Shown here in pieces: positions 48,866 to 58,771 of a DNA stretch of 64,000 nucleotides (its first letter is position 1; each line of letters opens with the position of its first letter). The notes below the pieces were generated by a model that saw nothing but the letters and a program-made list of their open reading frames with translations, had not been told where the DNA came from and made no database searches. This DNA comes from Longimicrobiales bacterium. Its GTDB lineage: Bacteria; Gemmatimonadota; Gemmatimonadetes; Longimicrobiales; Gaopeijiaceae. The DNA is taken from NCBI GenBank assembly GCA_965248195.1, contig CBDFIQ010000001.1:704001-768000 (forward strand), read 5' to 3'. The position numbers and the translations under genes are program-made.

Positions 48866-49855
48866 TCAGAAGCGGGTAATCACCAGGCGAAACCCGATGA
48901 AGGGCCGGCGCACTCCGGGGTCCGCACCGCCCCGAATCCCGGTCCGGATGTTCCTCTCTTCATCGCTGAACGAACCGCCACGCATCACCCAGAGAGCGTC
49001 CGCGTCGAGGCCCTCACGGTCGTTGGCCTCGTCGTAGGGATAGGCCTGGTACGGGCTCCGGGTCCACTCCCAAACGTTGCCACTCATATCGAGGAGGCCG
49101 AAGGGGCACTCCGGGCATTCGAAGCTGCCGACGGACGTCGTACCCTGCCCCCCGTAGTTGGCCCGGTCCCGTCTCGGCTCATTGCCCCACGGGTAGATCC
49201 TCCCGTCGGACCCACGCGCCGCCTTCTCCCATTCGGCTTCAGTCGGTAGGCTGATCCGCCATCCGTCGCGGAGCAGTCGGCTGAGCTCCGGAGGCGTCTC
49301 CGGCCACTGTGTGAGCGTCGTTTCGAGCCACCGGGCATATGCGAGTGCGTCCGTCCAGGAGACGTCGGCCACAGGATGGTCCGGAGGTCCCCTGAACGCC
49401 TCGTCACTGGCCCTGTATCCCGTGTCCTCGACGAACGCCCCAAACTGAGCCACCGTAACCTCGTACCTGCCGACGTAGAACGCGGGGAGATCCACGTTCG
49501 CCTGGGGACGCGCACCCGGCCACCACTCGTTGTCGAAGGCCAGCCGGTCGATCGCGGGGTTACTGCCCATCAAGAACGGGCCGGCCGGAACCTCTACGAA
49601 ACCGAGGAGCTCTTCATCGGGGAGAAACCATGCGTCCGAGCGGAATCCCGAGAGATCTCCGAGGCTGGCCGTAAGCCGGGAAGAGCGCTCCATGTCGCCC
49701 GCCGATTCGGGCTGCGGCCGCTGGAGCGACATCCATAAGGCGACGACCAAAACCAGAGCGACCAGGAATACTAATCCGCCGATCGACGGCGGCGGTCCAC
49801 CGATGGACGGTGACGGCCCGCCGGCACCCTGCCGGGGCTCCTCTCTTCCACTCAC
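48866..49855 (-). CDS. Membrane-anchored FGE-sulfatase (SUMF1/EgtB) domain protein
   Basis: F.MGS, EVT, LPTEAEWEKAARG, DMSGNVWEW, RGGSF, GFR. Confidence 0.88.
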   Translation of the reverse strand: MSGREEPRQGAGGPSPSIGGPPPSIGGLVFLVALVLVVALWMSLQRPQPESAGDMERSSRLTASLGDLSGFRSDAWFLPDEELLGFVEVPAGPFLMGSNPAIDRLAFDNEWWPGARPQANVDLPAFYVGRYEVTVAQFGAFVEDTGYRASDEAFRGPPDHPVADVSWTDALAYARWLETTLTQWPETPPELSRLLRDGWRISLPTEAEWEKAARGSDGRIYPWGNEPRRDRANYGGQGTTSVGSFECPECPFGLLDMSGNVWEWTRSPYQAYPYDEANDREGLDADALWVMRGGSFSDEERNIRTGIRGGADPGVRRPFIGFRLVITRF

Positions 49856-51486
49856 AGTGACCGCGTCCCCCCCTCGCAGGCGAAGGTCCAGCCGTGATCA
49901 CAGGCCCGGGCGTACAGGTCGGACTCCGGCATCTCCATCAGGTTCTGCCCCCCTTCGCGTAAGAGTAGTCGGAGGTCGATGATACGCGGGTCCGCCCGGC
50001 TAGGACTTCCCGGGTCCAGCACGTTGACGCATCCGGCCTGGAACCGGACTTCGCACGCCCTCGAGAAGTAGGCGTTCGCAAGCTCGGCGTCGGCCTCCAC
50101 GATCCGGCCCTCCATGTACTGTCCGCCTAGCTCATTACACGCCCATCCGGAGTTATCGCCGCAGTAGCTGGACTCCAGTTGGATCAGGCGATCGCACGCG
50201 TTTCGCCGCCCCTTATCACACGCCTGCTGCCAGAACGGCAGGCTGTCGCCGGGGTGCCGCCCATCGGTGCGCCCCATCGCCGTCATGGCGCCGAAAAAGA
50301 CCATCCACACGGCCATGTGGACCCAGTTGGCTCGCGCGGAAGCCCAGTCCGGTCGCCAACGACTCCACCGGGGACCCCGTTGAATGGCGCGTACCAAACC
50401 ATCGATCCTTTGCACGCTCAAATTCAGGAGCGGGACGCACAGAAGCTTGTCGTAGAAGGTCGGCACACCGAGGGCGCCGAGGAGTGCGTAGAGGCCAAAG
50501 ACACCCAAGCCGTACAACCCGCCGAAAATACTCTTACCGAGCGGAGTCCGCGGTGACGTCGACGGATCGGTCACGAGCAGGTGCAATCCGAGAAATACGG
50601 CCGAGGGGATCTCGGAGTCAACGAAGTAGGGGACGCCCGTGACCGCCCCATACAGAGCGCTCAGGCTGAACAGCATGATGGCTGCGGACCCGGCGACCAA
50701 CGTGATCGAAAAAAAGTACATCACGATCAGGCCGATCAAAAATAGAAACGAGTAGATATTGGGAGCGAGGGTCAACGTCGAGGCGATCTCCTGCCCCCAG
50801 GTCAGGTCGGTCGTGTTCGTGGCAATCAGTACCAGCGAGAACAGCCCCAAGGAGAAGGCGGAGGGGTTGAAGATGTGCACCCTTTTCCCGTCACGTTGCC
50901 ACCGCACGAACTCCTTGCCCATGAAACCGACCGCGAGCATGAGGAACTGCAGGTAGAACCAGTCGTCCCGGAACCAAAGGAACAAATTCGTGCTGAGGAT
51001 GATGGGAAACGGTCCGAAGCCGAGCACATAGCTGTCGCGCCGGGTCCAGGCCAGCAGCATGTCGAAGGCGTAGGCGAAGACCAACTGCGCCAGAAGGAGC
51101 CAGGCGAAGTCATACACGGGCCGCCAGAACCATCCCCAGTACGCGAACACCGCTACTTGAACGAGCGCCTGCAGGTAATGCTGCGGGCGCAGTACGGTGC
51201 TGAGCGACCGACCCTCGGACGCACCCTTCACCCGCAAAAAGAGGGCCACCTGCCATACGAGCAGCACCATGGCCGCACCCCAAAAAGAACGTGCGAGAAT
51301 CGGGTTGCCCGACACACGGGGAACGAACGAGAGCAGGGCGAGGCCCAGCGTCAGCGCCAACGGCACCCAGAACACTCGACGAGACGAAGACTCCGCGGTC
51401 GAGCCCTGCTGGATACCGTCGGTGCCTCGTTGCGTCCTCTGTGGTCGGCGCCCTTGATGAGCACGCCGTCGTCGTGCGGATGCCAT
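49852..51486 (-). CDS. RnfD/NqrB-like polytopic membrane protein with C-terminal Cys-rich Sel1-like repeats
   Basis: HIFNPSAF and TDPSTSP motifs; repeated AC......AC. Confidence 0.7.
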   Translation of the reverse strand: MASARRRRAHQGRRPQRTQRGTDGIQQGSTAESSSRRVFWVPLALTLGLALLSFVPRVSGNPILARSFWGAAMVLLVWQVALFLRVKGASEGRSLSTVLRPQHYLQALVQVAVFAYWGWFWRPVYDFAWLLLAQLVFAYAFDMLLAWTRRDSYVLGFGPFPIILSTNLFLWFRDDWFYLQFLMLAVGFMGKEFVRWQRDGKRVHIFNPSAFSLGLFSLVLIATNTTDLTWGQEIASTLTLAPNIYSFLFLIGLIVMYFFSITLVAGSAAIMLFSLSALYGAVTGVPYFVDSEIPSAVFLGLHLLVTDPSTSPRTPLGKSIFGGLYGLGVFGLYALLGALGVPTFYDKLLCVPLLNLSVQRIDGLVRAIQRGPRWSRWRPDWASARANWVHMAVWMVFFGAMTAMGRTDGRHPGDSLPFWQQACDKGRRNACDRLIQLESSYCGDNSGWACNELGGQYMEGRIVEADAELANAYFSRACEVRFQAGCVNVLDPGSPSRADPRIIDLRLLLREGGQNLMEMPESDLYARACDHGWTFACEGGTRSL

Positions 51487-51624
51487 CGGTTTTTGTCGGA
51501 ACCCTGGGTGCTCTAGGGCGGGGGATGCGTAATCGGGCGCTTCACAGTGAGCCTGCGCGGCTCGGGAGGCAAGACGGATGGAAGAGCCGGCTCGGACACC
51601 ACCGAGGACACGGTGAGGTCAGGA

Positions 51625-52098
51625 TCAGTTGTTCAGTGCCCCGTTATTGATCCAGTTCCGGACAATCGTGATATCGACGTTACGGAGCGGAGAGCCGATC
51701 GGCATCCTCGACCCTACGCTTTGACGACCTTCCAGCCTAATCACCAGGTAACTGTTCTCGGCGTCGCCGGGCTTGACGAGCAAGAATCCCGGCTCGGACT
51801 GTGCAGGCATGTTCACGAGATTCGTGTAGTTCGTACGAAAGTCGTTGTTCAGAAACAGACCGGCCTGTCCCGCATTAGCGGAGTGACAGCCCGAGTCGGC
51901 GCACGCCCTAGCTTCCAGGATGAACTGAATGTCCTGAGCAAACGACGGATTTGTCTCGGTCACCTCAACCATCGTATCACCAGTTCCGCTCGGAGCCGTG
52001 GGCTCCCCGCCACCGCACGACGTGAGAAAACTCCCCAAGAAAAGCACGACAAAGATTCGACCATGGGTCATTTGGTGCATAGCTCGGTATGTGACCAC
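51625..52098 (-). CDS. Lipoprotein with putative atypical c-type heme motif (CX4CH)
   Basis: Lipobox LTSC; IQFIL...CADSGCH...VKPGDAENSYL...RMP...WI..GA. Confidence 0.65.
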   Translation of the reverse strand: MVTYRAMHQMTHGRIFVVLFLGSFLTSCGGGEPTAPSGTGDTMVEVTETNPSFAQDIQFILEARACADSGCHSANAGQAGLFLNNDFRTNYTNLVNMPAQSEPGFLLVKPGDAENSYLVIRLEGRQSVGSRMPIGSPLRNVDITIVRNWINNGALNN

Positions 52099-52190
52099 AA
52101 CAACGATTCCGTATACAAGGTGGCCGATGAGGCTGTTCCCGGGGAACGCGACGGGGATGGGCGCGGACCGACGTGCCGGTCCCGGCCAGA

Positions 52191-52733
52191 TCAGTCGGGT
52201 GCGGAGTACTTGGCCACGAGCCTACGGACCGTCGTCATGTTACGCATGGTCGTTGGCGCACCTCCCGTCATTTTGGCCAGATCCATACCGAAGAGGGGTG
52301 ACTCGCTGAGCTTGACATCTATGAGCCAGTACGCTTCACGACCGGCAAATTCGAATTTGTCCGTATCGGTGCCGAGATCCTCGAGGCTCCGCCGTAACTC
52401 GGCGTCAGCCGCCTCCCGCATGAAGATCACGTACACGGACTGGTCGGTCGAGGTTGGCTCTCTCGGCTCGAAGGCGGCTATTGAGTCGAGCTCGGACTGG
52501 GACCGAATGAAGGTCGTGACCTCGTAGCCGAGGGCCGCGTGTAGATGATGGGCAATCTGCTCCTCCATGGCATCGACGTCGTGCGACGGCGAGGAAAAGA
52601 TCACGTTGCCACTGGCGATGAAGGTCTCGACCTGCGCGAACCCCAGCGCCTCGATGAGCTCCCGAAGCTGGTCCATCTTGATTCTATGGCCTCCGACGTT
52701 GATCCCGCGGAGGAGGGCGAAGTAGCGCGGCAT
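52191..52733 (-). CDS. DUF1697 protein
   Basis: ALLRGINVGG, TFIASGN, TMRN. Confidence 0.9.
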   Translation of the reverse strand: MPRYFALLRGINVGGHRIKMDQLRELIEALGFAQVETFIASGNVIFSSPSHDVDAMEEQIAHHLHAALGYEVTTFIRSQSELDSIAAFEPREPTSTDQSVYVIFMREAADAELRRSLEDLGTDTDKFEFAGREAYWLIDVKLSESPLFGMDLAKMTGGAPTTMRNMTTVRRLVAKYSAPD

Positions 52734-52922
52734 GGCAGTGGGCCTACGCCCGTCTTGAGTGACCCCTCTAACTCACGATTCTGGGACGCGAACACGTTGG
52801 TAAGCCCAATCGAACAGCGCAAGCGGAGTGGCTCGGAGTTTCGGAATCGTACCGGCACCCTACTTTCGGTCTACTCGATCGACCATTTCCAGACCGGCCG
52901 AACAGAAGGGCGGAGGAGCACG

Positions 52923-53576
52923 ATGACCACATCCTTGATCTCCGTGAACGTGGGCCTTCCAAAAACCGTCGAGTGGCGGGACCAACCTGTCACCACCGGC
53001 ATCTTCAAGAGTCCGGTGGACGGCCCCGTCGCTCTGCGCAAACACAATCTAGAAGGAGACCAGCAGGCCGACCTGACCGTCCACGGCGGACCCACCAAAG
53101 CGGTGTACGTCTACCCCACCCAACACTATGACTACTGGGGCAGGGAGTTGCCTGATGTGGAGTTCGGGTGGGGCCATTTCGGCGAAAATTTCAGCGTCGG
53201 CGGCATGGACGAGGAAACGATTTGCATCGGCGACGAGTTCAGCGTGGGCACGGCCCGGGTGGTGGTGACCGAGCCGCGCATGCCGTGCTTCAAGTTGAGC
53301 GTTCGCTTCGGCCGGGCCGATATGCCGAAACGGTTTCTCCAGAGTCGGCGGAGCGGCTTCTATTTTGGCGTGGTGGAGGAGGGACAGGTCCAGGCGGGCG
53401 ATGCCCTTGAGCTGCTCTTGAAGCATCCCGACGGGTTATCGGTCGCCGACGTCACGGGGTTGTACACTACCGAGAGGGGGAACGTAGCACTCTTGAAAAA
53501 GGCAATCGCGGTAACCGCGTTACCCGAGAGTTGGACCGGGTACTTCGAGCACCAACTTCAGAGGTTGGAATCGTAG
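52923..53576 (+). CDS. MOSC-domain protein (YiiM-like)
   Basis: TGIFK, GD.QAD...HGG..KA, FGEN, PRMPCFK; GGAGG RBS. Confidence 0.9.
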   Translation: MTTSLISVNVGLPKTVEWRDQPVTTGIFKSPVDGPVALRKHNLEGDQQADLTVHGGPTKAVYVYPTQHYDYWGRELPDVEFGWGHFGENFSVGGMDEETICIGDEFSVGTARVVVTEPRMPCFKLSVRFGRADMPKRFLQSRRSGFYFGVVEEGQVQAGDALELLLKHPDGLSVADVTGLYTTERGNVALLKKAIAVTALPESWTGYFEHQLQRLES

Positions 53577-53670
53577 CGACCCCCGAGGTCTCGCCGGCAC
53601 TTCAGCTGACTTAGAGCCGTCTTTTTCATCCCACCGCCCCCATGGATTTCTGGGTCGCGGACCCGCCCTC

Positions 53671-54000
53671 TCACCCACTAACTCGATCGGACGAGTCTCT
53701 CGCGTCGACCTCCCACTCCCCAATGGTGGTCGCGTCCCTCACTGAGGTCTCGAAGAGCCGCCCCCTGATCTCCCGATAGGTTTCATCGTCGAAGAATCGG
53801 TCCTGGGCCTGGCGATTCGGAAAGTAGATGATGAAGACGCGGTTGATTTCGTGCCCGGCTGAGTTGCTTAAGGTCTTGGCGATCGTGAAGTCATAACGAA
53901 ACCCACCGCCGATTCGCTCCAGCAACGGGGACATGGCGTCTCGGTAGGCTTGGTATCCATTATTGTCCGCAACGTCCAACCCCATCAGTCTCTCTATCAT
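53671..54000 (-). CDS. DUF1330-like protein
   Basis: Y..YR..M.P.L...GG.F pattern, INRVF. Confidence 0.7.
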   Translation of the reverse strand: MIERLMGLDVADNNGYQAYRDAMSPLLERIGGGFRYDFTIAKTLSNSAGHEINRVFIIYFPNRQAQDRFFDDETYREIRGRLFETSVRDATTIGEWEVDARDSSDRVSG

Positions 54001-54133
54001 GGACTCATCTCCAGGTTGTTCGAGTGGATGTCGCCGCCCCGTGTTGGGTGGCGGCTGCCGACTGCTCTGACAAGCAAAGTGACCCTTTCCAAGCGAGTCC
54101 CGCGAGGTGCACTGGCTGAAACGAGGACCGGTA

Positions 54134-55114
54134 ATGGAAATGATGCGCGCGTTCGTGATCGAAGAGCCCGGCGGCCCCGAAAAGCTCGAGCTTCGAGAAA
54201 TCCCCCGACCCCAGCCTCGCGACGGGTGGATCTTGATTCAAAACCGGGCGTTCGGGCTCAACCGATCAGAGTGGTTCACACGACGGGGGCAGTCGCCCAC
54301 AGTGCAGTTTCCCCGCGTGCTCGGCATCGAATGCGTCGGTGAGGTGGTTTCGGCGCCTGGCTCCGACCTGTCCCGTGGGATGCGAGTCGCGGCGATGATG
54401 GGTGGGATGGGGCGAGAGTTCGACGGCTCCTACGCCGAGTATGTCCTCGTTCCACGGCAGCACGTGTTCCCACTGGAAAAGAACCTGGATTGGAAGGTCC
54501 TGGGAGCGCTGCCCGAGATGCTGCAGACCGTCCATGGCTCTCTCCATATCGGCCTCGAGATCGAGCGCGCAGAAAACCTCCTCGTGCGAGGCGGGACTTC
54601 GTCCATCGGCTTTGCCACTATCGCTGTCGCGGCAGCGGCGGGTCTCGAGCTTACGGCGACGACCAGAAGTGCGACTAAGGCCGACGAGCTCGTAGCCGCA
54701 GGAGCTACTCACGTGCTAGTGGATGACGGATCCATAGTGGACAAAGCCCGGGCGATCTACCCAAATGGTTTCGACCGGGTCCTCGAATTGGTGGGGACCA
54801 CGACATTGCTGGATTCTCTGCAGGCCGTACGACGAGGCGGTATCGTGTGCATGACCGGTATTCTTGGCGGCGAGTGGATCCTACCGGAATTCAGCCCAAT
54901 GGCCGATGTGCCAACCGGCGTAAAGTTGACCTCATACGCCGGTGAGTCGTCCGATCTCACACCCGCGCAGCTTCAAGATTATGTCTCCCTCGTCGAGTCT
55001 GGTGAGCTCAAGCCCAAGCTCGGACCGAGCTTTCCTTTCGAGAAGCTCCGGGAAGCGCACACCATCATGGACAAGAACATGGCCAGTGGGAAGATCGTCA
55101 TGGAAATTGTCTGA
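54134..55114 (+). CDS. MDR-family NAD(P)H:quinone oxidoreductase / zinc-binding dehydrogenase-like
   Basis: FGLNRSE, LGIECVG, GSYAEY, RGGTSSIG, GKIV. Confidence 0.88.
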   Translation: MEMMRAFVIEEPGGPEKLELREIPRPQPRDGWILIQNRAFGLNRSEWFTRRGQSPTVQFPRVLGIECVGEVVSAPGSDLSRGMRVAAMMGGMGREFDGSYAEYVLVPRQHVFPLEKNLDWKVLGALPEMLQTVHGSLHIGLEIERAENLLVRGGTSSIGFATIAVAAAAGLELTATTRSATKADELVAAGATHVLVDDGSIVDKARAIYPNGFDRVLELVGTTTLLDSLQAVRRGGIVCMTGILGGEWILPEFSPMADVPTGVKLTSYAGESSDLTPAQLQDYVSLVESGELKPKLGPSFPFEKLREAHTIMDKNMASGKIVMEIV

Positions 55115-55165
55115 CCGACTTGCCTCCCTATGCGCAAAGGATAACGAAAACAAAACCACAGGTTC

Positions 55166-56752
55166 CTAGCGCAGGGCTTCCGTCGCTGACAGCAACTCCC
55201 TCGCCCGCACCGCCGGAACGCCCAGGTTCGATCCCCCGAACTCCGGGAGGATGGCCGAGTTGATCGCTACCACCTGGCCGTCCAGCGACAGCACCGGACC
55301 GCCACTTCCTCCACTGGTGGTTTCGGCATCGTAGACGACGTTCTGCGTCGTCACCTGCCCGACGATGCCCCTACTCGCCAGCGGCGTGACGTACCCGGCT
55401 CGCGACAGCCGCTCGGCGACCTCCCAGAAGTCCGTGACGCCGGCTTCGCCCAGGCCTTCCACGAACTCGGGGCTGGTGCGGGCCATGAGTGCCCTGATCC
55501 CAAGGGGGTAGCCGATGACAAGGACGGCCTCACCCGGCTCGGGCGGCCCCTCGGCCAGCGGTAGGTAGTCGGCTTCGCCACTGATTATGCAGCACAGCAG
55601 GGCCAGATCGGCCTCATCACTCGCCAGGACCAGCTCCAGATCGAAGCGCCCAGCCACCCCGGGGAGGTAGCCGACGAAGCGCGTCATCCTTCCGTCGAAG
55701 CCCTGGGCGAGCAGGGCCCCGGCGGTGGTGTTGAACTCCCAGGGGCTCGCGACGTGCCTGTTCGTGAGCACGAGTCCGTCCGGACTGACCACGAAGGCCG
55801 TGCCCGTGAGGAAGATCTCCAGGGGAGGTCCCTCGCCCTCCACGCTGATGGTCGGCTCGCCGGCTGCGTTCCTGATGGGCCGGCCACCCGGACCCAGGAC
55901 CAGACGCAGAGGACGGCTGCTCTCGAGCTGGACGAACCCATAGCTCCCCTGGACGAAGACCGTAGACCGGGAAGCCGTGCGGATCACCCGGGCCTCCGCT
56001 CCGCTCCGTTCCTCCAGTGCATCCAATCGATCCCGCGCCGTCGACACACTGGACTGGAGCTCGGCGAACAGGTCGCCGAGGTCTTCGGGCGTAAGGCCCT
56101 GCGTTCGAGCCCGCTCGAGCAGCTCGGCGAGTCCCTCCACCCGGGTCATCTCGTCGGCGAGCCGCTGCTCGAGTTGCGCGCTCCGGCGCGCCAGCAACAC
56201 CGTGCCGGATCCCAGCAGGATCAATACGGTCATCACGGCGAGGCGGAACCTACGAGTCGTCTGGGTCGCCAACTGCTTTGGGAGGTCGGTGAGGACCATG
56301 GCTGCCTTCCCCACGCGCCCCCGATCCGAGTTCCGAGCGCAGTCGAGGCAGTCGGAGAAGACCTGCGTCATCGTCTTGTAGGGTGCGACTCCGGCGTCGT
56401 ACACACGGTAGCGCAACACAGCGCCGTCCCGACCGAGCTCCAGGACGTCCCCCGAGGCCAGGGTGAACCGGCTCACCTGCTCGCCGTTGACCCAGACCTC
56501 GCTCCCGCCCTCCGCCACGACCTCGTGCGTGGCGCCCCGACAGCGCAGCGTCGCGTGGTGAGGCGCGGGAAGGGGCTCTGTATCGAGGGGCAGTCGCAGA
56601 TCCATCCCGGCCCCGGTGCCAATCTTGATCTCGTTCCCCGTAAGGGGGTGGGAGTGTCCCCGTCGGCTCCCCGAGAGATGGACGAGGACGGGCGTCGGCC
56701 GGGGCTCGCCCGGTTCGCTCTCCGTCGTCAGTCCTCGATGATCTATGTCCAC
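55166..56752 (-). CDS. FHA domain - TM - coiled coil - trypsin-like serine protease
   Basis: HHA...VWVNG...GDVLELG; TNRHV, DLALL, GGSGGP triad. Confidence 0.8.
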   Translation of the reverse strand: MDIDHRGLTTESEPGEPRPTPVLVHLSGSRRGHSHPLTGNEIKIGTGAGMDLRLPLDTEPLPAPHHATLRCRGATHEVVAEGGSEVWVNGEQVSRFTLASGDVLELGRDGAVLRYRVYDAGVAPYKTMTQVFSDCLDCARNSDRGRVGKAAMVLTDLPKQLATQTTRRFRLAVMTVLILLGSGTVLLARRSAQLEQRLADEMTRVEGLAELLERARTQGLTPEDLGDLFAELQSSVSTARDRLDALEERSGAEARVIRTASRSTVFVQGSYGFVQLESSRPLRLVLGPGGRPIRNAAGEPTISVEGEGPPLEIFLTGTAFVVSPDGLVLTNRHVASPWEFNTTAGALLAQGFDGRMTRFVGYLPGVAGRFDLELVLASDEADLALLCCIISGEADYLPLAEGPPEPGEAVLVIGYPLGIRALMARTSPEFVEGLGEAGVTDFWEVAERLSRAGYVTPLASRGIVGQVTTQNVVYDAETTSGGSGGPVLSLDGQVVAINSAILPEFGGSNLGVPAVRARELLSATEALR

Positions 56753-56774
56753 GGGGTCCACTCCTGGCGGGCGC

Positions 56775-57209
56775 TCACAGGGCTTCGAAGGCAACGGAAT
56801 CGACCATGTGGACCGCATTCGCATGCGTCTTATGAACAGGACAGCGCTCCGCCACCTGCGCCAACCGCTTGCGTTGGGGCTCATCGAACGTTCCACGAAG
56901 CGTCACGTGCGATTGGATGCGCTCGATCCAGCCATCGGCACGCTCGTCACAGCCCACGCAGTCGTCGGCGTGCACGCGGTCGTACTCGACCTCGACCCGA
57001 ACCTCCTCGAGCGGGATTCCCTTGTGGTCGGCATAGAGCCGCAACGTGATCGTGATGCAGGCCGCGAGGCCTCCGAGCAGGATCTCGTACGGTGTGGGAC
57101 CGGTATTCGTGCCGCCGGCGCCGGTCGGCTCGTCGCCGAGCCAGGTGAAGTCGCGGGCCCGTATGGCTACCTGAGTGCCTTCACCAAGTACACCGGTCAC
57201 AACCGCCAT
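56775..57209 (-). CDS. OsmC family protein
   Basis: DEP...GG..GPTP, LAAC, CPVH. Confidence 0.88.
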   Translation of the reverse strand: MAVVTGVLGEGTQVAIRARDFTWLGDEPTGAGGTNTGPTPYEILLGGLAACITITLRLYADHKGIPLEEVRVEVEYDRVHADDCVGCDERADGWIERIQSHVTLRGTFDEPQRKRLAQVAERCPVHKTHANAVHMVDSVAFEAL

Positions 57210-57243
57210 TACCCGTTCCTCCCTGTCATCGTGGGTTTCGGCG

Positions 57244-58503
57244 CTACACATCCCGCTCGAGGATCATCGCCGACGCCTGAGCGCCCGCCGCACAGATGCT
57301 CACGAGCCCGTACCTCACCTTACGACGCTTCAGCTCGTTAGCCAACGTCGTGACGATGCGGACACCCGTTGCGGCAAACGGATGGCCGACCGCAATGGAG
57401 CTTCCGAGCTGGTTCAGCTTGTTCCGATCGACTGCTCCGATCGCTGGCTCCTTCCACCCCTGCTCCCACGCTCGCAGGTTGCACGCGACCTGTCCGCCGA
57501 ACGCCTCGTGCATCTCGATCAGGTCCAGATCGGAAAGCGTGAGGCCGGTGCGCTTTAGGAGCCGCGGCACCGCGACGCCCGGACCCATGAGCAGGCCATC
57601 CTTCGGGTCGATCGCCACGTACTCGAAATCCTTCACGAACGCGAGAGGTTCATGGCCCTCGCGGCGGGCTCGATCCTCTGACATGAGCAACACCGCAGCC
57701 GCCCCATCCGTCAGCGGGCTCGAGTTCCCTGCGGTGAGCGTCCCGGTGGGACTGCGATCGAACACCGGCGGCAGCTTGGCCAGCTTTTCCATCGAGGTGT
57801 CGGCCCTGATGAACAGGTCGTGATCGAACCCATCGAGGGGGTGGATCTCGGCCTTCAGACGGCCGTCTTCCATCGCTCGGTGCGCGTTCATATGACTACG
57901 AAACGCGATCTCGTCCTGCTCCTCACGCGGAATCTTCCACTCCTTGACCATGAGTTCGGTGTGCTCGCCCATGGACAAGCCGGTGGACGGCTCCTGGACG
58001 CCCGGAGCGTGAGGCTTGAAGTCCCCGGGGCGCAGTCGTGCCAAGAGGCGGAGACGCTGCCCGAATGTCTTGGCCGCTGCGGCGTCGAGGAAGATGCGAC
58101 TCGCTCGTTTGCCGAACAGCAGCGCCGGGTTGGACATCGACTCTACCCCGCCCGCGATTCCGATCTCGGCGCGGCCGGCAACGATCGAGTCGGCGATCGC
58201 AGTAATTGCCGACGTGCCCGTGATGCAGTTGTTCGTGAGGGTGAGTGCCTGCACCCCGGCCGGTAGATCGCTGGAGAAGACAATGTCCTTCGCGAGGTGG
58301 GGGATCCGCGCGTCGACCACGGTGATCCCGAACGCCAGCTCCCCGACCGACTGCGGATCGAGGCTCTGCTTCGCCACCAAGCCGTCCACTGCGTGAACGC
58401 CCAGGTCGAGCGCCGAGTGCTTGCGGAACACGGTGCCCGCCCTGGCGAACGGCGTGCGTGCACCGCCCACCACCGCCACTCGAATCGATCTGTCGTGCGT
58501 CAT
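57244..58503 (-). CDS. fadI: Acetyl-CoA C-acyltransferase (FadI-type thiolase)
   Basis: NC, GGVESMS, LTDGA, HEAF, GHPFAATG, CAAG. Confidence 0.85.
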   Translation of the reverse strand: MTHDRSIRVAVVGGARTPFARAGTVFRKHSALDLGVHAVDGLVAKQSLDPQSVGELAFGITVVDARIPHLAKDIVFSSDLPAGVQALTLTNNCITGTSAITAIADSIVAGRAEIGIAGGVESMSNPALLFGKRASRIFLDAAAAKTFGQRLRLLARLRPGDFKPHAPGVQEPSTGLSMGEHTELMVKEWKIPREEQDEIAFRSHMNAHRAMEDGRLKAEIHPLDGFDHDLFIRADTSMEKLAKLPPVFDRSPTGTLTAGNSSPLTDGAAAVLLMSEDRARREGHEPLAFVKDFEYVAIDPKDGLLMGPGVAVPRLLKRTGLTLSDLDLIEMHEAFGGQVACNLRAWEQGWKEPAIGAVDRNKLNQLGSSIAVGHPFAATGVRIVTTLANELKRRKVRYGLVSICAAGAQASAMILERDV

Positions 58504-58524
58504 GAAGGATCGCTCCTCTCCGTC

Positions 58525-58771
58525 CTAGAGTGTTATGACCACAGGCGTCATCGGCTTGGAGCAACAGATCAAGACGGAGCCGTCATCGGGCAGGTCGAGG
58601 GGCTCGATGACGTACTCGACGTCACCCTCCTCGACCCTACCAATGCAGGTCTGACAAACCCCTGACCGGCAGCTGTAGTCGGGACTCAGGCCATTCGCCT
58701 CCGCCAGGTCCAGGATGCTCTCGAACGACGGGTTCCAGTTCGCACGAACCCCTGAGGTCGAGAACGTGACC
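58525..58771 (-). pseudogene. C-terminal 2Fe-2S domain of an oxidoreductase, 5' part lost at the IS junction
   Basis: SILDLAEANG..YSCRSGVCQTC...LICC; frame runs into the IS end. Confidence 0.75.

Noticed and set aside
5467..57049. Many long alternative-frame ORFs (e.g. 5467..6765, 22041..23375, 43583..44848, 55754..57049)
   Set aside because: Expected shadow ORFs in high-GC DNA overlapping well-supported genes; no motifs
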